NCBI GenBank assembly: GCA_019704295.1
Contig: AP024596.1
Span: 1,088,001 to 1,152,000 of the forward strand
Length of the DNA stretch: 64,000 bases
Origin: Sulfolobales archaeon HS-7
Lineage (GTDB): Archaea; Thermoproteota; Thermoprotei_A; Sulfolobales; Sulfolobaceae
Direction of reading: 5' to 3'
Under the pieces are notes generated by a model. The model did not search any database, was not told the origin of the DNA, and worked only from the letters and a program-made list of their open reading frames with translations. Both the position numbers and the translations under genes were made by a program. Below, one piece after another: positions 53,860-63,668 of this stretch (positions are counted from its first letter, which is position 1; each line of letters begins with the position of its first letter).

Positions 53860-53927
53860 AGGGATTAGGGCTTCGTATGATTTCATGACATTTTGTCTAA
53901 ATCCTCAGCCCTTCGACTTCACCAAAG
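53860..53927 (-). mobile_element. Right-end remnant of a TnpB-type IS, family B copy 3
   Basis: Exact 16-mer match to 31653-31668 and colinear terminal similarity. Confidence 0.6.
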
Positions 53928-53997
53928 CATTTTACGGGGTAAATAGCACTAAGCAAGAGCCGACAGACTAACGTGAGAATTTCATAACAAATTTCTC

Positions 53998-54720
53998 CTA
54001 TCTTGGAATGTCCAAGATTACGTGATATTTTCTAGGTCCAGAACTCCTAACTATTCTGTAAAAGGATGCCTTAAATTCCTGGGCTAACTCCTCTGGTTTA
54101 GAGGTCTCGGCAAACAGATGTATAATACCCCCACGTTTGGTTAACTTGGTGGAAACCTCATACGCCTCCCTGTAAAGTTCCGGCAGAGGAGATATTACCC
54201 TATCGACCTCTCCCATTTCCCCATAAACCTTAAACGTATCTCCAAGAATTGGGATAACGTTCCATGTTCTATTTAGCTCCATGTTCGCCCTTGTGTAGTA
54301 GTAAGCGTATGGATTGATGTCTACTGAGTAAACCACAGACGCCCCTTTGCTGGCGCAGTGGATGGAAAAGAAACCAGCTCCTGCGAAAAGGTTAGCTATG
54401 ACCTCCCCTTTTCTGACCTGCGAACAGACCCTGAAGTGTTCGTATTTTAGTTTAGCTGAGAAAAACACCTTGGTGAAATCTAGGTAAAATCTGACTCCGT
54501 ATTCCCTGTAAATGACCTCGCTCTTCTTTTCCCCCCATAAGTGAACGTAAGTATGAGTCCTAAAAGTTCTCTCGGTTTCCGGTAACCTCCCCCATACTGC
54601 GACGACTTTTGACCTCTTCCCGATTTCCTCTGCGTAGTTGTAAATAGTGTTGTCGTATTCGAATGGAATCCTTACAATTGCAATGTCATCTATTACGTCA
54701 ATTCTTTTCCAGAACTTCAT
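53998..54720 (-). CDS. Trm5/TYW2-family tRNA methyltransferase (possibly Trm5a/Taw21-type)
   Basis: DIAIV, YREYG...DFTKVFFS, LFAGAGFFS, DINP, SPLP motif; lacks the N-terminal D1 domain. Confidence 0.85.
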   Translation of the reverse strand: MKFWKRIDVIDDIAIVRIPFEYDNTIYNYAEEIGKRSKVVAVWGRLPETERTFRTHTYVHLWGEKKSEVIYREYGVRFYLDFTKVFFSAKLKYEHFRVCSQVRKGEVIANLFAGAGFFSIHCASKGASVVYSVDINPYAYYYTRANMELNRTWNVIPILGDTFKVYGEMGEVDRVISPLPELYREAYEVSTKLTKRGGIIHLFAETSKPEELAQEFKASFYRIVRSSGPRKYHVILDIPR

Positions 54721-55774
54721 TGAATTTCTCTACCGCTCTAGTGAAGTCCTTTTCCCCTACATTGAGTACTGTGCCTCCGTCAATAACGGGATCTCCACTA
54801 ACGAATACAGTCTCAATATGTTTATCTATAGAGTCAAGTACGCTATCAAAGGGAGAGAGAGGATCTATGGGGTAACCAGGAGGTTCATCAACGTTGAGCA
54901 GAATTAAATCTGCTAGGTAGCCTGCCGATATAACTCCCGCTTTAATACCGATAATTTCATGAGGCCATTTAGTTAACCCCAGAAATACTTTTTTAGCTTC
55001 AAGGTGAACGCGGGTAATTAAGTCTAGAGCTTCACTATTTACATTGAACTTGGAATTAACTCCTATAGATATTCCGAACTTAACGTTGGTTATCCACTCC
55101 CCTAACGGGTCGATATTGGTGTTTATGAACAGATTCCCCTTGGGATGTTGAAGGCCCTTTATTCCGTCTCCCATAAGAATGATCTTCTCCGACTCAGGGG
55201 GATCTTTGTAGGACACGAATACTCTTTCGCTCATTTCGTTTGCCTCTTCAAAATACTCAGGATCACATACCTTGATCATTACTTTTCCCTCTGTGGAACT
55301 CCACTTTTGGGAAATGAGATTATATTCCTTGAGTAAATCCCCTTCCCTTTTGTAACATCCGGCACTTACGAGAGGTATAGGTCGTATTCCTACGGTAAGT
55401 GCTGCCCTTGCCGACTGTTCTGGGAAGGGGTCGTCTATGATTATGGTTGTAATTCCCTGTTTAGCGAAGTAATACGATGCGAGAAGGGCAAAGTAATGAG
55501 CATCGGTAGGGGTTATAGTTGATAGTATGTCAGAAACGGATATTAAGTTATTGTTGAGCCTGTAGCGAAACGGAAAAAGTGAGGGTGTCCCCACAGCAGT
55601 TATTCCGGGCATTAGAATTCTGTTCTGGCCTCCCATGATTAGTTCCGCGTCATTCTCCTCACTTTTATCGGCTGCAATAGACGTTATTTTATTACCCTCT
55701 ATTAGCACATTCTGTTCACGTCTTACTCCATCAGTTGTGCCCATTAGTAAATCAGGCTTCAATACGGCTTTCAT
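54698..55774 (-). CDS. Amidohydrolase-superfamily protein lacking the metal-binding HxH motif
   Basis: NVLIEGNKI...ILMPG, GITT and GVISAGYLADLILL fold motifs; PGITAVGT replaces the PGxxxxHxH motif. Confidence 0.75.
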   Translation of the reverse strand: MKAVLKPDLLMGTTDGVRREQNVLIEGNKITSIAADKSEENDAELIMGGQNRILMPGITAVGTPSLFPFRYRLNNNLISVSDILSTITPTDAHYFALLASYYFAKQGITTIIIDDPFPEQSARAALTVGIRPIPLVSAGCYKREGDLLKEYNLISQKWSSTEGKVMIKVCDPEYFEEANEMSERVFVSYKDPPESEKIILMGDGIKGLQHPKGNLFINTNIDPLGEWITNVKFGISIGVNSKFNVNSEALDLITRVHLEAKKVFLGLTKWPHEIIGIKAGVISAGYLADLILLNVDEPPGYPIDPLSPFDSVLDSIDKHIETVFVSGDPVIDGGTVLNVGEKDFTRAVEKFNEVLEKN

Positions 55775-55829
55775 AACATAGAGTGAGTATGGAAGAAATT
55801 AATTTTAATGGAAGTGAGTACAGGTACGT

Positions 55830-56075
55830 ATGGAAACTTTAGATTTAAGGGAAGCTGATGCTAAGTGCGGAGCCGACTCCCCATCAGCAAGGTTAATGAA
55901 GAAGTGGGTGGAGGTAGGAGGGGGGGTTTTAAGCATTATCGCCGTAGAAGGTGTACAGAGTGATGCCGTTGATATGTGGATAGAGGCTTTTAAACCGTCA
56001 GGATTGAAGCTAATTTCAAAGGATAAAGGTGAAGGAGTCGTAAAATACGTGGTTGAACTGCCAGAGAGAATCTAA
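55830..56075 (+). CDS. TusA/SirA-like small protein
   Basis: TLDLR...CG...P N-terminus and TusA-like length and pattern. Confidence 0.55.
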   Translation: METLDLREADAKCGADSPSARLMKKWVEVGGGVLSIIAVEGVQSDAVDMWIEAFKPSGLKLISKDKGEGVVKYVVELPERI

Positions 56076-56179
56076 CTTGATAGCATCTAAGTAAGGTAGA
56101 ATTAAGGGCAGTGTATATCGAGCTCACATCGGGACGGATTAAGCGGCGAGATAAAGGGCTTAACTGCTCCGCCTATTAC

Positions 56180-56337
56180 CGGGAAACATGACCTTTTCTT
56201 AACGGGGGCAAAGGGTGATGAACAGTCCCCTTTGGAGTTAATCTTTCACTAGAGGGCGCGAGAGATGCGTTCCCGAATCAATGAGGCCAATGATAAGGCC
56301 TCTGGGATCCTGCCCCTTTGGAGTGGAGAGACTTCAG
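56180..56337 (+). mobile_element. Degenerate IS605-type right-end remnant (family D)
   Basis: GATGCGTTCCCGAATCAATGAG...CCTGCCCCTTTGGAGTGGAGAGACTTCAG resembles recalled IS605 right ends. Single copy in this window. Confidence 0.35.
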
Positions 56338-56409
56338 TAAGATTCACCTACATGTTCGCTTTTACTTTCAAATAGAAGTCTTTTTAATTTAAGAGTTATA
56401 CTAAATAAT

Positions 56410-58098
56410 ATGGAAGAAGAAACAGTTAGCGTGAGTGTACCTTTAAGGGAGGTAGAAGATGATGGGATGGTCGTTGTTAACAAGAACGGAGTTAACGTTC
56501 TAATAATTTACGATAAGGGGAATGTGTACGCATGTGACATAAGATGTCCCCATATGGGATATCCCTTATCCAAGGGAACGGTGAAGGATGGGGTACTCAT
56601 TTGCCATTGGCACCACGCCAGATTCAATTTAAGAGACGGTAAAACATTTGATTTATGGGCTGACGACCTTACCACATATGATACCAAAATAATGGATGAT
56701 AAAGTAATAGTGAATTTTAACGAGAAGAGTACCAAGGATCGCTATATAAAAAGGTTGAGGAGAGGAATAGATCATAACATAGATCTTGTTACGGCAAAAT
56801 CCATTATAGACTCGTTAAATAACGGTCTCTCTCTAGATGATTTAGCTAAGGAGGTCGTTACTTACGTACTTAGGGATCACGAATGGAACACTGGACTGAA
56901 CATTTTTACGATTATCCTTAATTTACTCAATTACGATCTAGAATTTGAGTGGAGGGTCCTGGGTATTTTGCATGGGATTAAGAATATCTCTTCGCAAATA
57001 TTCGAAAAACCTAAAGTAATTTATCCAGAACCCTTGGAAAAGGCTCAGGGCCTGGAGAATTGGTTCAGGGAATTCATAGAGGGAAGGGAGGTAGATCCTG
57101 CAAGAAGGGTGATACTCAGCATGGGAAGTGAGGATGGACTTGACGCAATGATAGCCTCAGTCACTGATCACTTTTTCTTAGATGAGGGGCATGTATTGGA
57201 TCACCTAAATAAACAAACTGAATTGCTAGATAAGATAGGATGGGAAAACTCAAATCTAGTTTTCGCTTCCTTAATTACTCAATTAGCCAATGGCACGAGG
57301 CATGAGGAAGACCCGAAATGGAGGATACCAGACGATCTTGTGTCTATAATCAGTAATGAGATAGGTAAAGTACGTGACGTGAAAATAGGGAAGGGAAGGC
57401 TCAACGATAAGGAGATGGACGAACTCGTAGACTGCTTGCTACGAGACGATTCAAAGAAACCGTTTGAGTGCACAACCCAAATGATAACCTCAGGCGTTTC
57501 CCCTAAATATTTAGCCTTAGCCCTAGGTCTAGCTTCCGCTTATAGAGAAGCTAGGTTTCATACCCAAAACGATTTTTCGGACTGGGATACAATACACCAT
57601 CAATTCGTTTACTCTAATGCATTGTACAGGCTCTCTGAAAGAAAGGAGAATTTCTATCTTATTAGAGGGATTTATCACGGAATAGGAAATCTTTACTTAA
57701 CTAGGTTTCTCAACATTCCGCCGGCTCGACTTCCAAGGGAAAAGACCTCTAGAAATGAGGGAGAAATAGTAAAGTCGCTCAGTGAGGCTATAGGTTCTAA
57801 AAGAATTGAGGACGCGTCATTAGACGTTTATGATTACCTGGTAAGAGATTTTCCTGAAGACATTTTGATAAAAACCATCATCAAGTCCTTGTTTATTGAG
57901 GACGTCAGTTTTCATACCGCACAGACAGTAGATGCTGGAATATCGTTATTTAACGCTCTAAGAGAGTTCAGTAATGACTATATTCCTCTAATAGCCACAG
58001 TTAGATATTTATCATCTCACAGTCCGACCGATAGGAGGAATAAAACAACAGTAGATGTAGCTATAAAACTATCTAAAGGGGAAGCTTTACACCTATAG
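56410..58098 (+). CDS. Rieske [2Fe-2S] domain fused to a large helical His-containing domain
   Basis: CPHMG and CHWHH Rieske ligands; C-terminal ~450 aa with GHVLDH, DWDTIHH and FHTAQ. Confidence 0.85.
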   Translation: MEEETVSVSVPLREVEDDGMVVVNKNGVNVLIIYDKGNVYACDIRCPHMGYPLSKGTVKDGVLICHWHHARFNLRDGKTFDLWADDLTTYDTKIMDDKVIVNFNEKSTKDRYIKRLRRGIDHNIDLVTAKSIIDSLNNGLSLDDLAKEVVTYVLRDHEWNTGLNIFTIILNLLNYDLEFEWRVLGILHGIKNISSQIFEKPKVIYPEPLEKAQGLENWFREFIEGREVDPARRVILSMGSEDGLDAMIASVTDHFFLDEGHVLDHLNKQTELLDKIGWENSNLVFASLITQLANGTRHEEDPKWRIPDDLVSIISNEIGKVRDVKIGKGRLNDKEMDELVDCLLRDDSKKPFECTTQMITSGVSPKYLALALGLASAYREARFHTQNDFSDWDTIHHQFVYSNALYRLSERKENFYLIRGIYHGIGNLYLTRFLNIPPARLPREKTSRNEGEIVKSLSEAIGSKRIEDASLDVYDYLVRDFPEDILIKTIIKSLFIEDVSFHTAQTVDAGISLFNALREFSNDYIPLIATVRYLSSHSPTDRRNKTTVDVAIKLSKGEALHL

Positions 58099-58171
58099 GA
58101 CTTAATCCTTTCTCATGTTAATAGAAATCTTTTTTACATGTTAAAATTTTGCGATAAAGTTGATCCTCATT

Positions 58172-58342
58172 CCGATGTGGACTAAGGTCAGAGAGGGAGT
58201 GGGTGAAAATGGCAGAGGGGCGAACCTCTTTCCGTCGTACTTGATGAAGTTCAATGACACCCAGAGGGTAATTGAGGCTAAGTACTTACACTAAATCATG
58301 AATTAAGGTAAAGTGATTCAAATAAAGGTACATGAATGAACG
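58172..58342 (+). mobile_element. Degenerate right-end remnant, family C copy 2
   Basis: Colinear similarity to 53656-53838. Confidence 0.45.
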
Positions 58343-59060
58343 AAATTATTATACATAGAAAGTAATTATATAGCAAAATTATCTTATGGTCTACACCATT
58401 TGTTGAGCGCCTCTAAAGGATAAAGCGTAATCCTCAACCCTATAGAGGACCGAGTCAAGGGCTATCGCATTTACCTTAAATAAGAATAAATTGACAATGG
58501 ACTTTACAACATTTGCTTACACCTTAGGGAAAGGTACGCGAATATTAAAGTCTCCTCTCTTCCTCATCTAATTATACAAAGCGTCATTTCCCACGTCGTT
58601 AGCGTTTGCCCCTTGTAATTTATGCATAGGATGGGTCTATTAGTCTCTTGAGATTCGCTGACGAGAATTTCCTAGTTTTCACAAATATTGTTCCTTCTAC
58701 TTTAATGCCCTTCCTCAACGTAATTACTGATGGCTGAAATAAAGTCTAAACGACTTTTTCCTATACCTAATTCTGAGAATAGTTCGAATTAGATTTCTCT
58801 TTAGTCAATTCCCCCGCGGACTTTAAATTAAATGAGGTGATTTTTCCCGATCTTATAAGTATAGACAAAAGGGGAGAACTTGAACTACCACGTTAACTCG
58901 CAGGAAGAAGTAATACACACTGCTCACTGTAAGTCTCGCTCGTATTCACACTATTATGTATTCTGAGAAAAAGCTATTTGGATCCACAGTTTATGGCAGG
59001 AAAGAAATCAGTTAATAACTTACAGTATAACGCTTTTATTTTTAGTTTAGGAAATACTCT

Positions 59061-59669
59061 ATGGAATTTCTGGAGAAGAAGCAGAGACTTGTCCTTATTC
59101 AAGTGGCCAAAGCCGGTCCTGGGGGGACGACTCTCTCGGAGTTACTTGAATTAACATATCCTGTACTTACTAGGGAAACTGTGAATAAAATACTAGAGGG
59201 ACTTTACTTTTCTTCCCTAATTAACGTTGTACGCGATGAAGGAGAGGTCAGGGTAATAGCATCCAAATCCGTAAGAACTTCGGTTATGTATTACGAGTAT
59301 TACGTATCTTCGGTAACCTCTCTACTGAGCAAACTTAAGGACGTAAATGATAAGAACGCCGTGCAGGACATATTAATCGAGTTTTCTTCGCTATTGAATA
59401 GGATGCTCTTCTACGGACTTACGAATTTACCAGAACTCTACCTACCTGAAATGGCCGAATTCCTTAAGGGAATTTTCACCATTACAGGGGATAAGTTATT
59501 TCCTCCAGTCAGGGAGGATAGGGAACTTTTCCTTAAACTAATTGAAAAGTATAGGGGAAAGGCAGATTCCTCAGCACTGGCCCTCATTTTGAAGTCCGCT
59601 GAAGGAAACTCACAATCAGGTAATACCACTTCTCCCAGTCAATCTTCAGGAGAACAACACCAAGGATAA
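59061..59669 (+). CDS. Hypothetical protein with probable N-terminal winged-helix domain
   Basis: KKQRLVLIQV...TLSEL...RETVNKILEGL...LINV pattern. Confidence 0.7.
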   Translation: MEFLEKKQRLVLIQVAKAGPGGTTLSELLELTYPVLTRETVNKILEGLYFSSLINVVRDEGEVRVIASKSVRTSVMYYEYYVSSVTSLLSKLKDVNDKNAVQDILIEFSSLLNRMLFYGLTNLPELYLPEMAEFLKGIFTITGDKLFPPVREDRELFLKLIEKYRGKADSSALALILKSAEGNSQSGNTTSPSQSSGEQHQG

Positions 59670-60179
59670 TGAAAATCACGAGTGTAAGCAGACTGATGTA
59701 AACAGGGGAAATACCCGTTATTAAGTGAATGACGCCAATCCCTAGCAGTTCAAGTGAAATTTCCACACCACTTTTAGCTAACTTAGCTATAACTACGTAG
59801 AGGTTAAGTTTGGCAAGAGGGCTCCTTGCGACTCCGGCGCTAAGATATAAGTAGTCGTCAAATGGGAAGAAAGGCAAAATAGCCAAGACTACAACTGCGA
59901 CGTAAAACGATAATTTATCAACGAATTTTTTATGAAAGTGAAGTTCTTGTTGTTACTTAATGGTTTCCTTAACAAAAGTCCTGTTCCGTACATCACGTCT
60001 TTTGCCACCCCTGCCCCTAAACCCGTTACTACTATTGCCAGAATCACGTTTACGGGGTTCACACCATCTTGAAACAGGTAAGTAGTAGCCACTAATGTGT
60101 AGCTAACTCCTCCGAATGGAGTAGCATTGCTTGCAAAACTTATAGCGAAAATTATCAGGACTGTGTAGAGGTCAAACAT
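59584..60179 (-). pseudogene. DedA/VTT-like membrane protein split by a -1 frameshift at A-AAA-AAT (59925-59931)
   Basis: The 96-aa and 100-aa ORFs join into one 198-aa hydrophobic protein (...FTFIKKFVDKLSFYVAVVVLAILPFFPFDD...) if one A is added to the A6 run. Confidence 0.8.
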
Positions 60180-60228
60180 TATTACCTATTGTATCGTCTT
60201 AAAAACTCCTAATAATAACTTATTCATT

Positions 60229-60447
60229 ATGAAGTTCAAGATAGGTGTAAATTCTACCACAAATGAGAAAATTTTAGCAGTTAACGTAGACGGGAGTCCT
60301 ATATATTCGTTCGAGCCTAACGTCATCCCGCAGGGGAAGGGGGATCTCATATTAGAGGTATCCGGTGTATTACTTGATAAGGGTAGGCATATTTTAGAAT
60401 TAGTGACGGAGAAGGGAAACTACTATAAGTACGAGTTCTTTCTCTAG
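60229..60447 (+). CDS. Small hypothetical beta-rich protein
   Basis: 72-aa ORF, Ig-like pattern; AT-rich promoter-like upstream region. Confidence 0.6.
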   Translation: MKFKIGVNSTTNEKILAVNVDGSPIYSFEPNVIPQGKGDLILEVSGVLLDKGRHILELVTEKGNYYKYEFFL

Positions 60448-60528
60448 ACGAGTAATCTAACTAATCAGGTTCGCGAAAAAGGATTTTTCTGTGAGGAGAG
60501 AAAATAAAGGCTCTTCTCTAAAACTAAT

Positions 60529-61524
60529 TTGATAGAGTTGAGTTGGGAAGGTCCCTATTTTGAGGACTTTAACGTAGGGGAAAGGGTAATACACAATCCG
60601 TCAATTACAATTAGTGCGGAATTAAATAGAATTTTCTCGCTCCTAACAATGGACTTTACTCCCCTTTATTTAGATGAACGCTTTAGGAAAGAAGTCGATT
60701 TTCACGGCATCAATCCACGCTATCTTGACGCTTTGACGATAGGAATTTCAGTAAGGGACACTAGCGTTAACTCTCTTGCCTTCTTAGGTATAGATTACTC
60801 CAAGTATTATGAACTTCCCTCTGAGGGAAATACGATAACGGTAGAAACGGAAGTTGTGGAAAAAAGGGAGTCTAGAACCAGAGGCAACGCAGGTGTAATA
60901 ACATGGGTTCACCGGACTTATGATGAGAGGAATAACCTCCTATCCGAAATGAGGAGGAGTAACCTCGTTTACAAAAGAAATTTCTCGCCCTGGAGGAAGT
61001 TTCTAGCTGGGTCTGAGGAGAGTGTCAGCGTAAGATATGAGGAAAATATCCAAGAGCTTAAATATGAGGGAATTCCTGTGAAGGCAGGTTATCTAGAGGA
61101 TTTTTCACCTGGCCAAGTTTTTATACACAGACTGGGAAGAACTGTTACTTATTTCGATAATTTGATGATAACCATGTTATCAGCCAATACCTCTCCTCTT
61201 CACTTCGACCTAGAGTATATGAGAGCGACTAGCTTTGGAGATTTGCTGTTTCTAGGTCCCATGACCTTAGCCTTTACGTGCGGGATAGCCTCGCCGGATT
61301 TATCGATGAAGGCTATAGGTGAATTAGGCATTTCCTCAGTGAAGTTCACAGCACCAGTCTTTAATGGCGACACAATACATGCCGTAAGTAAGGTCTTGGA
61401 AGTTATGGCATTGAACGATAAAACAGGAAAGCTTAAGGTAAGAACTGCGGGCTTTAAGAACAGGTTCAAAGTGAAAGTAGTTGAGTACGATAGGGAGATT
61501 CTGGTGCTACGAAGGAAAACTTAA
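60529..61524 (+). CDS. Double MaoC (hotdog) dehydratase/hydratase
   Basis: Two repeats (YFEDFNVG / YLEDFSPG; PLYLD / PLHFD; PVFNGDT). Confidence 0.88.
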   Translation: MIELSWEGPYFEDFNVGERVIHNPSITISAELNRIFSLLTMDFTPLYLDERFRKEVDFHGINPRYLDALTIGISVRDTSVNSLAFLGIDYSKYYELPSEGNTITVETEVVEKRESRTRGNAGVITWVHRTYDERNNLLSEMRRSNLVYKRNFSPWRKFLAGSEESVSVRYEENIQELKYEGIPVKAGYLEDFSPGQVFIHRLGRTVTYFDNLMITMLSANTSPLHFDLEYMRATSFGDLLFLGPMTLAFTCGIASPDLSMKAIGELGISSVKFTAPVFNGDTIHAVSKVLEVMALNDKTGKLKVRTAGFKNRFKVKVVEYDREILVLRRKT

Positions 61525-61919
61525 TGCGTTTCCTAAAAACGGGTCTTAATCCTAAGTAAGTAGTAGTTTTATCTTAATGAAGTGAGGGGAGTCAGGTGGG
61601 AGTCAAAACTTGCATTTAAGTGCGAACATAGTACGCTTTCCTCTTAGTCTCATTTCCTCTACTTGGGACTTATCTCTTCCTCAAGGGCTTTCCTCTCCCC
61701 TCGGCCAATTCGCTTAATAATGCTTCTGCGAAAGGTGGTACGGGCTGGGGATAATACCACATATAGCGAGGGCCCTAGTTCCAGGTTGTTCCGTGTCATC
61801 ATCTCCTATTGTCCCTGTTTAGTATTACTATCTTACAATCAATTAGTTAATTTCGAGGTAATAAAATAAAGCGCATTCACATTGAATGCGTGAACGGTCC
61901 TAGCAGAATACGAAATAAA

Positions 61920-62390
61920 TTATTTCTCTATCATATTTATTACATTATCCAACATTTCCTTAACTTTTCTTAAGTGTTCAGTAATGTCTGCAGTTGAAAA
62001 CTTTGCCTCGTGAAATCCCCAAACGTGAAGAATATAGGCAGAATTCCAGCCGTTTAAAACCCAATCCCCTAAATCTTTAGCCAGCCTATCAACTGCTGAA
62101 GCTAACCAATAAGTGTACCACCTTCCCCCTTTCAATGCTTGTTGATATTTAGGAATGTTTAACTTCTCCGCTAAGGCCTTAACGATTTCTTCAGCGGTTT
62201 TATAAGCCTTTTCCGAAGCCTGTACGGCATCACCTTTCTCCAAATAGTCTTCTGCCTCTGCAATGTATTTCTTTGCTAGCTCTGTTCTTAAGTTAATTGC
62301 ATCCTTAGGATCTTTCCTTGAAATGGCGTTAATTATTAAGTTGTTAATATCAATGTCATGCTCTTTAGCCTTTTTGATTGGCTTCTCTAT
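61920..62390 (-). CDS. PaREP1 family protein; full-length frame begins at ATA (non-canonical start or decaying gene)
   Basis: GDAVQASEKAYK and LHVWGFHE motifs. The frame is open 49 codons upstream of the track start (IEKPIKKAKEHDIDINNLIINAISRKDP...). Confidence 0.8.
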   Translation of the reverse strand: MEKPIKKAKEHDIDINNLIINAISRKDPKDAINLRTELAKKYIAEAEDYLEKGDAVQASEKAYKTAEEIVKALAEKLNIPKYQQALKGGRWYTYWLASAVDRLAKDLGDWVLNGWNSAYILHVWGFHEAKFSTADITEHLRKVKEMLDNVINMIEK

Positions 62391-62675
62391 GCTTAGATTA
62401 ATATATTATCACGTTTTAAGCGTTATTAAGGAATGTGCGGTATCGCTAAAACGAGCTAGGGTCGATTTGAATTAAATTTGTTACGGTTATTTAAATATAC
62501 TAAATCCGTAAATGACCAGTAAATGATGACTAATCGGGAGTAGTTACACTCAGTAATTTACTGCATTTTATTGATCTTTCTCATAAATTACAATTGACAA
62601 TGGGGACCTAAATCGTACTCTCTAACCTCATAAAGTTAAATCCCTAACTTTTTAAGAAATTTCTGAGATATGAAA

Positions 62676-63668
62676 TTATTGACTCAGTGGTCCCTTGTAA
62701 AATTTGCCATCAAGGTAAAGGTTGTACTTGTTAAGAGAGAACTTAATCCTTTCACCTGGATTCACTAAACTCCTGGCTTTGATTGCGAAGAGATCGTCTT
62801 CAAGTCTACACATTGCGTAATATGAGTCGCCGACCAGTTGAAGGGATTCAACTAAGCATGAGTTATCCCCCTCCCAATCGACCCACTCAGCTCTAAACCC
62901 TACTTCTCCCTCGAAATCCAAGCCGATGTTTTTTGCACGCAGGAAATTCATTGGCACTTCACCTACAAATTCTCCTATCCATTTCGTTAACGGCCTCTCA
63001 TAAATGCTCGAAAAAGTATCTATCTGTTCAAACTTTCCATTATGTAGAACTCCAACTCTTGTCGATAGTGCAGCTGCTTCGGCGTGATTATGCGTTACGT
63101 ATAATACCGTTTGCTTAAACTCCTCTTTTATTTTCCTTAGCAAACCTATGGCGAGGAATTTTGTCCTCGGATCAACGTTACTTAGAGGTTCATCCAGTAG
63201 GAAAATACGCGGATTCCTGACTAACGCCCTTGCTAACGCTACTCTCTGCTGTTGTCCTCCACTTAACTGCGTAACCCTTTTTTCAAGAATCGACTTTATA
63301 TTCAAAGTCTGGGCGATATCGTTTACCTTTTTTGCAATTTCCTCCTTTGGAATCTTTCTAAGCTTAAGCGGATACGCTATATTGTCGTAGACGTTCATAT
63401 TAGGATAGAGAGCGTAATTTTGAAACATGAAGGCTATGTTCCTCTTATTAGGTGGAAGGTTCGTAATTTTTTCCCCGTCTAGGTAGATTTCCCCCTCATC
63501 AGGTTCCTCTATTCCCGCTATTACTCTAAGTAAGGTAGACTTCCCTTCACCGGAGGGGCCTAATATTACGAAGAACTCCTCATTATTAACTTCGATGCTA
63601 ACGTTATCTAACACCGGTCTTTTATTGAAGGTCTTAGTAAGATTTACGACTTTCAGTTTTGCAGTCAT
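62676..63668 (-). CDS. Carbohydrate ABC importer ATP-binding subunit (MalK-like)
   Basis: GPSGEGKS, FQNYALYP, LSGGQQQRVALARA, LDEPLSN, C-terminal OB/TOBE region. Confidence 0.92.
   Translation of the reverse strand: MTAKLKVVNLTKTFNKRPVLDNVSIEVNNEEFFVILGPSGEGKSTLLRVIAGIEEPDEGEIYLDGEKITNLPPNKRNIAFMFQNYALYPNMNVYDNIAYPLKLRKIPKEEIAKKVNDIAQTLNIKSILEKRVTQLSGGQQQRVALARALVRNPRIFLLDEPLSNVDPRTKFLAIGLLRKIKEEFKQTVLYVTHNHAEAAALSTRVGVLHNGKFEQIDTFSSIYERPLTKWIGEFVGEVPMNFLRAKNIGLDFEGEVGFRAEWVDWEGDNSCLVESLQLVGDSYYAMCRLEDDLFAIKARSLVNPGERIKFSLNKYNLYLDGKFYKGPLSQ

Noticed and set aside
61540-61830. GC-richer intergenic stretch, possibly an IS110-like end remnant
   Set aside because: Resemblance is from memory only; no second copy or transposase fragment supports it.
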